From Histomonas meleagridis 2922-C6/04-290x (taxonomy: Eukaryota; Protista; Parabasalia), in contig JAANOX010000116.1 of assembly GCA_020184695.1 (NCBI GenBank), forward strand, positions 1 to 64,000: a stretch of DNA of 64,000 bases. Reading direction: 5' to 3'. The notes under the pieces were generated by a model that worked only from the letters and a program-made list of their open reading frames with translations, was not told the DNA's origin and made no database searches. Shown piece by piece: positions 1-9,759 of the stretch (positions are counted from its first letter, which is position 1; each line of letters starts with the position of its first letter). The position numbers were made by a program, and so were the translations under genes.

Positions 1-957
1 AGTGCGTTTGAAATGTGTATAAAGTTATTATCAATTTCATTTGGAAGAAGTGCAAAAATTATAAAAAATAATGCATTTTCTGAATGTTTATTTACAAACA
101 TAACAATTCCTAACTCTGTTGTAGAAATTCGATTAAGTGCCTTTTCTTCAAGTGAAAAGTTAGAAACAATTATCATTGGAAAAAATGTGGAAAATATTGA
201 AGCTCTTGCATTTAGTTTTTGTGTTTCACTTAAATGTATTTATTTTTATGGTGATATTTCTCCAACAATTGGAGTGAATTGTTTTAGTAATATTTTAGCA
301 AATTCTGTTATGGTATATGAAACATATCAAAACAAAACATTTGGTGGATTAAATGTTACGAATAAAACAATTGAAGGATGTAAACCAATACCAACAAGAA
401 CATTTACACCAACTAAAACAAATACTTTTACTAAGTCAAGTTCAAGGTCATATTCACATACGCTTACAAAATCGAATACATTTTCATCATATTCCACATT
501 TACAGAAACATATTCTTCTGATGTAACTTTAACACATTCATATTCAGTGACATATATTTTATCACTTACACAAACATTAAGTATTTATAGTTCATTTTTC
601 AATTCATTTATTCTTACGAATATCAATTCAATATCTACATATATTTCAACATCAGTTATATATTATGATTATACAGTTAGTCTTTATTCTGATTATTTCA
701 TGTCTTATTCAGGTTTTTATATCATTGAAAACAATGTTATTAAAAATGAAGATAAGACAAAACTTTATATTGGTGTTGGAGTTGCAATTGGAATCGTTAT
801 TGTTGCTTCATTAATTATTACATTTTTAATTTACATTCGAAAGAAAAGAAATCAAATTAATGAAGGATCATTTAATGATAATGATAAAATGATTATTATT
901 AAAGATGATAATAGCAATGATGATAACAAAGAACAAAATTTTGGTGTTCGTGCATAA
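1..957 (+). CDS. BspA-like leucine-rich-repeat surface protein, 5'-partial (LRR_5 repeats, Ser/Thr stalk, TM helix, short tail)
   Basis: Frame is open from base 1. TpLRR motifs (ITIPNSVVEIRLSAF, IIIGKNVENIEALAF), S/T-rich stalk, TM segment LYIGVGVAIGIVIVASLIITFLIYI followed by RKKR. Confidence 0.9.
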   Translation, partial: SAFEMCIKLLSISFGRSAKIIKNNAFSECLFTNITIPNSVVEIRLSAFSSSEKLETIIIGKNVENIEALAFSFCVSLKCIYFYGDISPTIGVNCFSNILANSVMVYETYQNKTFGGLNVTNKTIEGCKPIPTRTFTPTKTNTFTKSSSRSYSHTLTKSNTFSSYSTFTETYSSDVTLTHSYSVTYILSLTQTLSIYSSFFNSFILTNINSISTYISTSVIYYDYTVSLYSDYFMSYSGFYIIENNVIKNEDKTKLYIGVGVAIGIVIVASLIITFLIYIRKKRNQINEGSFNDNDKMIIIKDDNSNDDNKEQNFGVRA

Positions 958-1309
958 AAATACCCTTTTCATTGAATAAAACAACAAAATTATTCTTAAT
1001 GTTTTGAATTATAATTTTTTTTGATAATTTATTGAAAGTTTTAAATAAAATTTTATTTTTGATTTGAAGTTTGACAAATTCGGTATGCTATATCAAGGAA
1101 ACTTATTTGATCTTATTTATTAATAATTATTTTACTTAATTAAATTAAATAAATTATTTTTTGAATGAAATTTGTTTAACTTTTATTAATAATAAATAGT
1201 TATATTAAATAAAGATATATAATATTGAAATCATCTAAATTAAATTCAGATTGAAATTTATTATGAATAAAATCATTTAAAAATTAAACAAATTCAAATA
1301 AAAATTTAT

Positions 1310-2260
1310 TTAAGAATTAATTTTAGAAAAATGTTTTTTTAATATATCTTTAGGTAAAGCATAGATAGGATCTATTTCTTTAATACCTGGGAAATTTATT
1401 AATGAAAGACCTGCACAACCAAAAAATGTATGATACGGATCTGAATTATTTTTAGGTTTATCTGAAATTCCGCCATTTATTAAATCTTGTGATGAAAAAA
1501 TGAAATTTTGAAGATTTTGAACATTTATCCAATTTTGGCGTTTTATCATTTTAAGTGATGCTCCGACCCACCAGGAATAGCACACGTCTGCTGTCTTTTC
1601 TTGTCTTCCATTAAAACCTCCTGTTGAAGTTTGTCGTTCATAAAGCCAAAAACCGAGTGAATCTTGATTAATAACATTAACAGAATTTAATATCGATAAA
1701 GATCCGACAACTGTAAATATTTGACCTGAATGTGATTCACATCCTTGAAAACATCCAAAACCTGAATCAAAATTTTCACATCGTAAAAGCCATTGAATAA
1801 TTTTTTCTTTATATTTATAAATTAAATTTATTTGATTTAATAATGATAAGATTGATAATGAACAATATGTAAAACGTGTATCAACTTCATTCTTAGAATT
1901 ACCTTTAAATGACCCATCTTCATTTAAAAGCGAAAAAACATATGAAATAAGCGAATTAACATTAATTTTTTCAAGTGAATCAAACAATATTAAACAATAA
2001 ACTGCTGATAAACTTGAATGAATATTAGAATCATATCCAATATTCCCTCCAAATCCTCCATCTTTATTTTGACATTTAAGAATAAATTCAATAATTTCTT
2101 CTTTATTAACTCGATCTAAAGAATCTAAAAGATATAAACATGTTAAAACCCAATAATATGTATTCATTCGAATAGGAATAGAGATAATATATTGTGATGA
2201 TTCTTTATCTTTCATAGAATTTAAAAGGAATTGAACATGTTTCTCTTTTTCGAATTTCAT
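1310..2260 (-). CDS. RABGGTB: Rab geranylgeranyltransferase (GGTase-II) beta subunit
   Basis: Prenyltransferase repeats: GGFGGNIGYDSNIHSSLSAV, EVDTRFTYC, GCESHSGQIF, EKTADVCYSWWV, DPYHTFFG. Confidence 0.93.
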   Translation of the reverse strand: MKFEKEKHVQFLLNSMKDKESSQYIISIPIRMNTYYWVLTCLYLLDSLDRVNKEEIIEFILKCQNKDGGFGGNIGYDSNIHSSLSAVYCLILFDSLEKINVNSLISYVFSLLNEDGSFKGNSKNEVDTRFTYCSLSILSLLNQINLIYKYKEKIIQWLLRCENFDSGFGCFQGCESHSGQIFTVVGSLSILNSVNVINQDSLGFWLYERQTSTGGFNGRQEKTADVCYSWWVGASLKMIKRQNWINVQNLQNFIFSSQDLINGGISDKPKNNSDPYHTFFGCAGLSLINFPGIKEIDPIYALPKDILKKHFSKINS

Positions 2261-2335
2261 TTTTTTGTTGAAATAAACTTCTCAAATAAATAGTAAACGG
2301 TCGAAAGCAAAAATAAAATAAAAATAAAAATATTT

Positions 2336-4195
2336 TTATTTATATAATGTAGATACTCGTTTCCGAAGCAATATAATTAAAATAATCAAATTAATAATTA
2401 AAAGAATATTATTAATATATATTCGAATATCTCTTATAATTAAATCTTTCATATAATTTCTTTCAAATTTCATAAATTTTTCTTTATTTTGAAGAAATTG
2501 AAGAAGAATTGTTCGAATTATTTTAGGAAGAATTAATATGATTGGTAATATCGATTTGTTATCTTCTTCAATAGTTTTACTAATGTTATTAAATAACATT
2601 TCAAGATTAAATGGAATTTTCCCTTCAAGCGTGTGTAATATAATATGGAAGTAACCTGTCGACGTTTTCGATGCTTCAATAATTCCATTTTTCGCTTTTT
2701 CTGTTTTGTTAAGTTTCATGTAAATTTGGTATAAATATTCACTGACATCTAATGTAGTCATAATATTAATAATTCGAAACATTTCTAACGATATCTTTAG
2801 TCTTTCGGGATAACTTACGATGTTTTCTTTCGAAAGCTTTTCCCATTTATATAACATTAAGCCCGAATTATATGCCGCGACAGGAATGCCGCACTCCGAT
2901 AGTTCTAGCCATAATATTAATGACGTTTCATATCGTCGTTTTTTATAAAATTCTTCCGCAATTTCAGTGTTATCAATCCATGGACCAAATTGGATATTAG
3001 TAAATAAATAACTTAATGCTTTTCGATCATTAAATTTCGGTGAGCCAAGAAGTAGCATCTCTGCAACGTAATGATTCGCTTCTAATATACCTTTTCGTGT
3101 TAACTTTTTTAACGTTTTATATGCTTTATCTCGCGTTTCTGGATTATTAATTTCACTAATCGCAATGTTAAATGACGCGCCGTCATGCCCTAACTCGGAC
3201 GCGCGTTCAATGAGTTTGGCGCCTTCGGGATCTCCTTCGGACTTTTTGATGACGCCTAATATGTTCATGGCATTCGGCTCATTCATTTCAACAGCACGTT
3301 CATAATATTCTTTCGCTTTGTCAAGATTAACGGGAACACCTTCGCCTAAATGATGAATGCGACCCAAGTGAACAAGCGAGATCGCGTCGTCTTGATGCTT
3401 CTCAAAGATTTGGCGCGCAGCTTCTTTGTTGACTTCTTGGCCTAATTTACCATAATAATAAACTTTACCCATGTCAATTTCTGCTTCTTTATCGCCAAGT
3501 GATATCTTATATTTTAATAATGAAAATGCGGATGAATCACTTTCTTCATCTTCAATTTCTTCAAATTTTAATTCTTTATTAAGTTTTTTAATATGTTTTT
3601 GAGTTAATCGACCTGCAAGATTTTCAACAATGATAGAACTACTAATAGGTAATAAAATATTAGATGAATATTTATAGGAATGTGGCGCACCATATCCAAA
3701 CGCATATGAATATGATAAACTTAAACAACTATGCGAATTACCTTTTTGACACCCAATACTATGATAAATACTTGATTTAGTATAATCGCGTGTGACCCCT
3801 AATCCATAATGATAAAGAAATCCTAATTTGGAATATGATGCTTCAAAACCAGTTCGAATCGATTCTTTAAAATATTTCTTGGCTTTCTTAAAATCTTGAT
3901 GATATGGTGGAATACCATACAAATAATAATTACCAAGCAAATGTAATGCAGGTGGATATGAAGATTCTCCTAAATTTTCAATAACGGTGAAATTAATATT
4001 AGTTTCATTATTGATGGCTTTTAAAAATTCTTCACGATAAATCCTTCCATATTTAATTGATATGTTTTGAAAACATGTTTTTAAACTTTCAATTTTACTT
4101 CCTTCTGAATCATATTTCATGATAATATCATGAAAAAGATATGTTTTATTTTCTATTTGTTCAATTGAAACAATAAATTGGATGAAAAATAACAT
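2336..4195 (-). CDS. SEL1L: Sel1-repeat ER membrane protein (SEL1L/Hrd3-like)
   Basis: Signal-like N-terminus, several Sel1 repeats (LGFLYHYGLGVTRDY, LGRIHHLGEGVPVNLDKAKEYYERA), C-terminal TM helix. Confidence 0.75.
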   Translation of the reverse strand: MLFFIQFIVSIEQIENKTYLFHDIIMKYDSEGSKIESLKTCFQNISIKYGRIYREEFLKAINNETNINFTVIENLGESSYPPALHLLGNYYLYGIPPYHQDFKKAKKYFKESIRTGFEASYSKLGFLYHYGLGVTRDYTKSSIYHSIGCQKGNSHSCLSLSYSYAFGYGAPHSYKYSSNILLPISSSIIVENLAGRLTQKHIKKLNKELKFEEIEDEESDSSAFSLLKYKISLGDKEAEIDMGKVYYYGKLGQEVNKEAARQIFEKHQDDAISLVHLGRIHHLGEGVPVNLDKAKEYYERAVEMNEPNAMNILGVIKKSEGDPEGAKLIERASELGHDGASFNIAISEINNPETRDKAYKTLKKLTRKGILEANHYVAEMLLLGSPKFNDRKALSYLFTNIQFGPWIDNTEIAEEFYKKRRYETSLILWLELSECGIPVAAYNSGLMLYKWEKLSKENIVSYPERLKISLEMFRIINIMTTLDVSEYLYQIYMKLNKTEKAKNGIIEASKTSTGYFHIILHTLEGKIPFNLEMLFNNISKTIEEDNKSILPIILILPKIIRTILLQFLQNKEKFMKFERNYMKDLIIRDIRIYINNILLIINLIILIILLRKRVSTLYK

Positions 4196-4312
4196 TTGGT
4201 CAAATATTTTTTTTTCTTCTTCTTTTTTATTTCTATTTGTTTTTTAGGGTGCCCCTCATTCGAACAAAGTTACTCAAATTTGTTTTCATTTTTTTTTCTT
4301 ATCATTTTTATT

Positions 4313-5281
4313 ATGATTCTAAATGATAATTTAAAAATATGTGAAAAATTTGCATGGTGTTATAAAGGTAATAATAAACCAACCACAATCTTAGAATATA
4401 GTCAAGATGGTTCTATGGTTGGATTTTCAAACGAACCAGGTCAAGTTTTTATTGTTGATTCATTTGAAGGGAAAATTATTGAAAATATTACACAAAAATA
4501 TACACAAACAAATATAACAGGATTAAAATTTCAAACGAATAATAATCAAGATCAAATTTTAATTACAAGTAAAGATGGAAACATTTTTTTATATGATTTT
4601 AACAAAAGAGAAATTTGTAAAAAGATTCGACATTTAGGAAGTGAATTACTTACTATGAATATTGAAACATTTGGCGACACATTTGCTATAGGTTGTTCAG
4701 ATGGTTCTATTCGAATTTATGATATGGAAACATTTCAAAGAAACACTATCTTAAATAATCAAACGAAGAAACATAACATATCGAATATTTCATCATTAAT
4801 ATATGATCCAAACAATTCTAATATTTTATTTTCTAATATTAATAATTATATTTTAGTTTGGGATATTCGAACAGGTACATCAGAACGTTCAATTAAAGGA
4901 ACACATATTCGAGGACAAGGCCTAGATATTTATGATAATATTCTCTTTACAATTTCATATTTAGATAAGAAATATATTGAACTTTGGGATTATCAAAAAG
5001 GTAAAAAAATATATTCAATTCCATTACAAAATAACATAAATAATGAAAAAATATATCAAAATAATATTGTTAAAATATCAAAAAATGGAATGGTCATCAT
5101 TACAAGTGATGTAAGTTCAAGCATTACTGAAATATTTAGTTATCCAAAATGTAATTTAATTGGACAAATAAATCCTAATTCATCATTAATTACATCAATT
5201 AATGTTTCACCTTTTGGTGCTTCTTTTGTCACAGGTTATGAATCAGGTGATGTTTATTGTTATATGATTAGAGAAAAATAA
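4313..5281 (+). CDS. WD40-repeat protein
   Basis: WD repeats (ITSKDGNIFLYD, GCSDGSIRIYD, ILVWDIRTG, TGYESGDVYCY). The ORF track starts at TTG 4196; a more plausible ATG is at 4313. Confidence 0.85.
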   Translation: MILNDNLKICEKFAWCYKGNNKPTTILEYSQDGSMVGFSNEPGQVFIVDSFEGKIIENITQKYTQTNITGLKFQTNNNQDQILITSKDGNIFLYDFNKREICKKIRHLGSELLTMNIETFGDTFAIGCSDGSIRIYDMETFQRNTILNNQTKKHNISNISSLIYDPNNSNILFSNINNYILVWDIRTGTSERSIKGTHIRGQGLDIYDNILFTISYLDKKYIELWDYQKGKKIYSIPLQNNINNEKIYQNNIVKISKNGMVIITSDVSSSITEIFSYPKCNLIGQINPNSSLITSINVSPFGASFVTGYESGDVYCYMIREK

Positions 5282-5310
5282 AATAAAGTAAAAATTTATA
5301 TTTATATTTA

Positions 5311-5913
5311 TTAATTAAGTTTAATTCTTTTAAGATTAATTGCTTCTATTTGAAAATTTTGAATACATTTATAATCTTTAATATTAATATCTTTTGGTAC
5401 TTTTACATGAACTAATATAATTGTCTTTTTAATACTCCATGAAATACGTGATAATGTTCGTGAAAGTTGATGAATTTCTTCCCAATCTTGAATTATACTG
5501 ATCATATAACTTGAATGAACAAGTTCTTGATGATCACAATATAATACAAAATCAGTCCCAAATAATGAGCCATCTCGAATAATCCATAAATTAGTCCGAT
5601 AATAATGATAAACTGAATAATGAATTGGGAAAATTAATGGTCCACAAAGTTCACAACAAATTTCCCATAATTCTTCAATCGTATATGATAATCCAATATC
5701 ACCTTTTAATAATTTTAAAAAAAATACTTCATAAGGACTTAATATTAAAAGTTCATTAAGATATCTTCCAAAACCAAACTTGTTATGTAAAATTTGTCCA
5801 TTTCCTATTAAATCATTAATAAAAAACATCCCACCAATCTTATTAATTGAAATTTCTGGTAATTCATATGATGGTGAAAATTTCTTTTCTTCTTCTGTTG
5901 TATTTTTCCTCAT
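5311..5913 (-). CDS. SEN2: tRNA-splicing endonuclease catalytic subunit (Sen2/Sen34 family)
   Basis: VYHYYR..LWIIRDGSLFGTDFVLY...LVHSSY..SWSIKK matches the endonuclease C-terminal domain, with candidate Tyr/His/Lys triad residues. Confidence 0.8.
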   Translation of the reverse strand: MRKNTTEEEKKFSPSYELPEISINKIGGMFFINDLIGNGQILHNKFGFGRYLNELLILSPYEVFFLKLLKGDIGLSYTIEELWEICCELCGPLIFPIHYSVYHYYRTNLWIIRDGSLFGTDFVLYCDHQELVHSSYMISIIQDWEEIHQLSRTLSRISWSIKKTIILVHVKVPKDINIKDYKCIQNFQIEAINLKRIKLN

Positions 5914-6076
5914 GAATTTAATGATAATGACACTTTCTTATCGTAATTTAGGGTACACTAAAAATTAAATAAAGAATTATGATAACTTCTAAATATTTTT
6001 TTTTTTTTTTTGATTTTTATTTATTATTCCTAATTAAAAAAAATATATAATAAATTACTTAAAATATTATTTTTAT

Positions 6077-6754
6077 TTATTGTGCATTTTCTTGTGTTGT
6101 TTCTTTCTTTGGTGGTTGTGTGTAATGATGTTTTTCTTTTGGTTTCTTCTTGAGATGCCTTGGCGCTGGACCTTCGTTTGAAAGTAAACCTGTCGCTAAG
6201 TTAATTTTCCCACGCATTTGAAATGAATAAAAATCATTGGATTGCATGCGCTTAACTTTCTGTAAATATTTCCCTCGAAATTCATTCTTCTCTGCTTCTG
6301 TTAATCGAATAACTTTACGTTTGTTGATACCTTTGTTTTTTTCTTTTTCTTCTTTCTCAAATTCTTTGATATATTCATTTGAAACTCGTTCTAACACTTC
6401 TAAACTTGGATGTAACTCGGAATATTTATTTAAATATCGTTCTAATCCAAATGTTCCTGAACTCGCATAAGGGATTTCACGTGAATGTTTCTTTTTTTGA
6501 TTTAATGCTCGTTCTAAACCTCGTGTACTTTGAAATTTAACAAACGCTGTATCACTATTAGGAAATGTAATTTCTTCAATGTGACCAAATAATGAAAATA
6601 TTGATTCTAAAAGATTTGTTAAATTTTCTTTATTTGTAGATAAAGGTAAATTAAAAACTTGAATTTCTAATGCACTTTCCATCTTATAAAAGATACTATG
6701 TGAATATTTTGAATCTTGATAAGGTATTTGAAGTATTTTCCATTCTGTATCCAT
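6077..6754 (-). CDS. RRP7: Rrp7-like rRNA processing protein (RRM plus Rrp7 C-terminal domain)
   Basis: RRM (LQVFNLP...FGHIEEI...AFVKF), GLERYLNKY segment and DFYSFQMR motif. Confidence 0.75.
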   Translation of the reverse strand: MDTEWKILQIPYQDSKYSHSIFYKMESALEIQVFNLPLSTNKENLTNLLESIFSLFGHIEEITFPNSDTAFVKFQSTRGLERALNQKKKHSREIPYASSGTFGLERYLNKYSELHPSLEVLERVSNEYIKEFEKEEKEKNKGINKRKVIRLTEAEKNEFRGKYLQKVKRMQSNDFYSFQMRGKINLATGLLSNEGPAPRHLKKKPKEKHHYTQPPKKETTQENAQ

Positions 6755-6854
6755 TTAAATAAGAAATTAAAGATAAAATTTTTTGGTCAAGCATGGAATA
6801 CGTTAATTCAGCACGGTTATATTCGTTAAAATAAAATAAATATAAAAAAAATCA

Positions 6855-8327
6855 ATGGAAAATCCAGCAGAAGTTCAAGAAATTAGGAATAAATTACGAA
6901 TGATGAAATTCCCTCAAGATGAGATATTAAATACAGTTCGAAAACAACAACGAGCAATTCATAAACAAAAACAAGCGAATGAGACCATTCGAACAGAAAT
7001 TACACAATATGAAGCACAAATTAATAAAATTAATCAATCCATTGAGAAATATAAGACAGATGAAGAATTACAACGATTACAAACACTTAAAAAGAATTTA
7101 AGTAATAAGTTAAGTGTTTTAAATAATGATTTAGCCGTTGAAGAATCTAAACGTAAAAAACTTGAAGAAGATGTAAGTAAAGCTAATTCCAAGACAGGAG
7201 GTTTATTTCAACAAACACATGAGAATGAAGAAATTCAAGCACGACTTCGGACCATGGAAAATCGATTAGACAAAGCATTAGTTCGATATAATAATAATTT
7301 AACGAAATTAGGAGAATTACGCAAAGAAATAGATGAATATCGAAAAGAGAAAAACACGTTTCAACATATCATTAAGAAAGCAGAAATCGAACGCGAACGT
7401 AACGACCAAGAAATGGCGCGACTTATTTCCGATTCTAACGAAGCATATTCCGATCGTGATCGCATGAAAATGGACTTAGCAGAACTTAAACAGAAAGAAA
7501 AAGAATCGATACAAAACTATGAAACAGATCTTTTATTAATTAATCAACAAATCGAAGGACAGCGCATTACACAAAATCATCCACGTGATCAGCAACAGCA
7601 AATTCCATCGATGAGTAGTCAACTTAGTTCGCAAACAGATCAACAAGAAGAACTTGTGCAACAAACTGAACAATTATATACATCTAATCAAAGAGTATTT
7701 GACTTGTTAGGTGTGAAGAACATTGAAGAATTGTTTTCAGAGTCAGAACAACTTGAACGCGAAAATTATTCATTATTTAATTGTGTTATTGAATATAATA
7801 ATAATAAAACGAAACTTGAAGAAGAAATTAAAGGACTTCAATTACAATATTTATCACTTCAAAGTCAAAGTGAAGAAAAAGAAGAAAATAATAACAATGA
7901 ATTAAACGAAATTACGAATAACATTAACGAAATAAATCAAAAATTAGAAACATTAAAAGATAAAAAAGAAAAATCGCAAAAAGATTTCACAGTAATTTAT
8001 AATGAAATTAATAAATTATTTAATACACTTAAATGTGAATGGGATAATGAAACGACGAATGACAATAACGAAATTACGAAAATCAATGTTATGGCCGCTT
8101 TATCTTCTATAGAGAATAAAATAGCGCTAATAATGAATAAAGTTGCAGAAAAGACTAAAATCCAATATATTAACAGTGGAATCAGTAAATTTTCTTCAGT
8201 TACTTCAATAGATACAATTTCACGTCAAAATACAACAAGAAATCAAATAAACAAAGAAATGCAAAACAAAATTGCTGACTCAAATAAGCCAATGTCAATC
8301 GATGAAATCAAAGCTTTAATTGGTTAA
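6855..8327 (+). CDS. Outer dynein arm docking complex coiled-coil subunit (ODA1/DC2, CCDC63/114-like)
   Basis: Long coiled coil with RLRTMENRLDKALVRYN..LRKEIDEYRKE and ERENYSLFN motifs typical of the family. Confidence 0.75.
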   Translation: MENPAEVQEIRNKLRMMKFPQDEILNTVRKQQRAIHKQKQANETIRTEITQYEAQINKINQSIEKYKTDEELQRLQTLKKNLSNKLSVLNNDLAVEESKRKKLEEDVSKANSKTGGLFQQTHENEEIQARLRTMENRLDKALVRYNNNLTKLGELRKEIDEYRKEKNTFQHIIKKAEIERERNDQEMARLISDSNEAYSDRDRMKMDLAELKQKEKESIQNYETDLLLINQQIEGQRITQNHPRDQQQQIPSMSSQLSSQTDQQEELVQQTEQLYTSNQRVFDLLGVKNIEELFSESEQLERENYSLFNCVIEYNNNKTKLEEEIKGLQLQYLSLQSQSEEKEENNNNELNEITNNINEINQKLETLKDKKEKSQKDFTVIYNEINKLFNTLKCEWDNETTNDNNEITKINVMAALSSIENKIALIMNKVAEKTKIQYINSGISKFSSVTSIDTISRQNTTRNQINKEMQNKIADSNKPMSIDEIKALIG

Positions 8328-8415
8328 ATTTTATTATTTATTATATATAAAAAGAGTTTGAAAAAAAAAATTATTTTTATTAAATTAAAACAATATTTGT
8401 GATTGTGTTTTATTA

Positions 8416-8880
8416 TTATTTCCGAATATTTTGTTTAATTTCTTTTTTTGTTGAAATTTTATATAAATATATAATAATAGAAATAATGAAAACAATCGAA
8501 AAAATAGGTGAAATATAAATAAAGAAAAATGATAATATAATAATAAATGTTAAAATCTTGTTAATAGAAAATGATTTTTTTGTTGTTTTTGGTGATTCTT
8601 GTTTGGCTAAATTTTGATTTTCTTTTTGTAAGTTGAAAAGAAAATTATTATAATTACGTGAATAATTCTTTCTTATAAATGGCGTATTAAATGCTGATGT
8701 TTGTGGTGATTTAAATGCACTTTCTGGAATTTGTGGTGAAGGAGGAAAATAATCTCCATTAATCGAAAGAAAACCTTTAACTGGTGTTTTATAACTAAGT
8801 TCATTTATATGCTTTCTTGTAGAAGAAACTGGTGAATATAATTCTCTTTGATCAAAATTATCTGAATCTGTTTCTTCCAT
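8416..8880 (-). CDS. Small hypothetical protein with C-terminal hydrophobic (TM) segment
   Basis: 154-aa ORF with ATG, S/P-rich middle and hydrophobic C-terminus. Confidence 0.55.
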   Translation of the reverse strand: MEETDSDNFDQRELYSPVSSTRKHINELSYKTPVKGFLSINGDYFPPSPQIPESAFKSPQTSAFNTPFIRKNYSRNYNNFLFNLQKENQNLAKQESPKTTKKSFSINKILTFIIILSFFFIYISPIFSIVFIISIIIYLYKISTKKEIKQNIRK

Positions 8881-9759
8881 TTTTAATTTTAAACGTACAC
8901 CAAAACCAATTCATCATTAAATAATTCGATTTTGTCTAATTTATACAAGAACCATTTAATTTATGATTTAAGTATGTTACGTAAGAAAAGATTTCAATGT
9001 TTAAAAAAATATGTAATAATAAAGAACAAGAATCTTATGAAATCAATAAACAAAGTTAACCAAAATCACTTGAATTCCTTAATGCCGAAAAATTAACAAA
9101 AACGCAAACGGCAAAAGAAAACATAATAAATTTTGATGAAATTAAAAAAAATTTACATTTTTCAAGATGATTGATTGAATTTGTCATTGAAATATTAGTT
9201 AATACATTTAAGAATGCGAACATCATTTAACTCAATAATATGTTTTTGATATTACCATGATTAAAAGTACTCGAAAATCTATCAGTAAAAGTTAATCCAA
9301 TTTTTTAATGTTACATGAATTAAAATATTATACAAAGTAAGAATTTATAACATCCGTTGATATTAACATCATATTACAAATGTTTTATAAGATATCAACA
9401 ACAATTAATGAGTTTCTATTAAAAAAAATTATTACAACAGCTAATAATACCTGTGTAAAAAAATTATCTCTAATTAGAGTTCATGTTTTCCATTTATAGA
9501 TAAAATGTTACATAGTTAGTAATAAGCATAATGTTGTATTGGAAACATTGTTTGATAATTAATCTGGTTCTATTCAACAAACACTCGAAGGATTAAAAAG
9601 GAATATTAATAACTTCATTAAGAACTCAATTAATTTGTTACTGGATGATTTTAATATTTCATTAATAAAAGCGTTACATTTTTATATTTATGTTTCAGAT
9701 TTTCGTTTACTAGATGATGAGAAAATAGAAGTCAATGTCCAAAATCAAAATCTATATTT

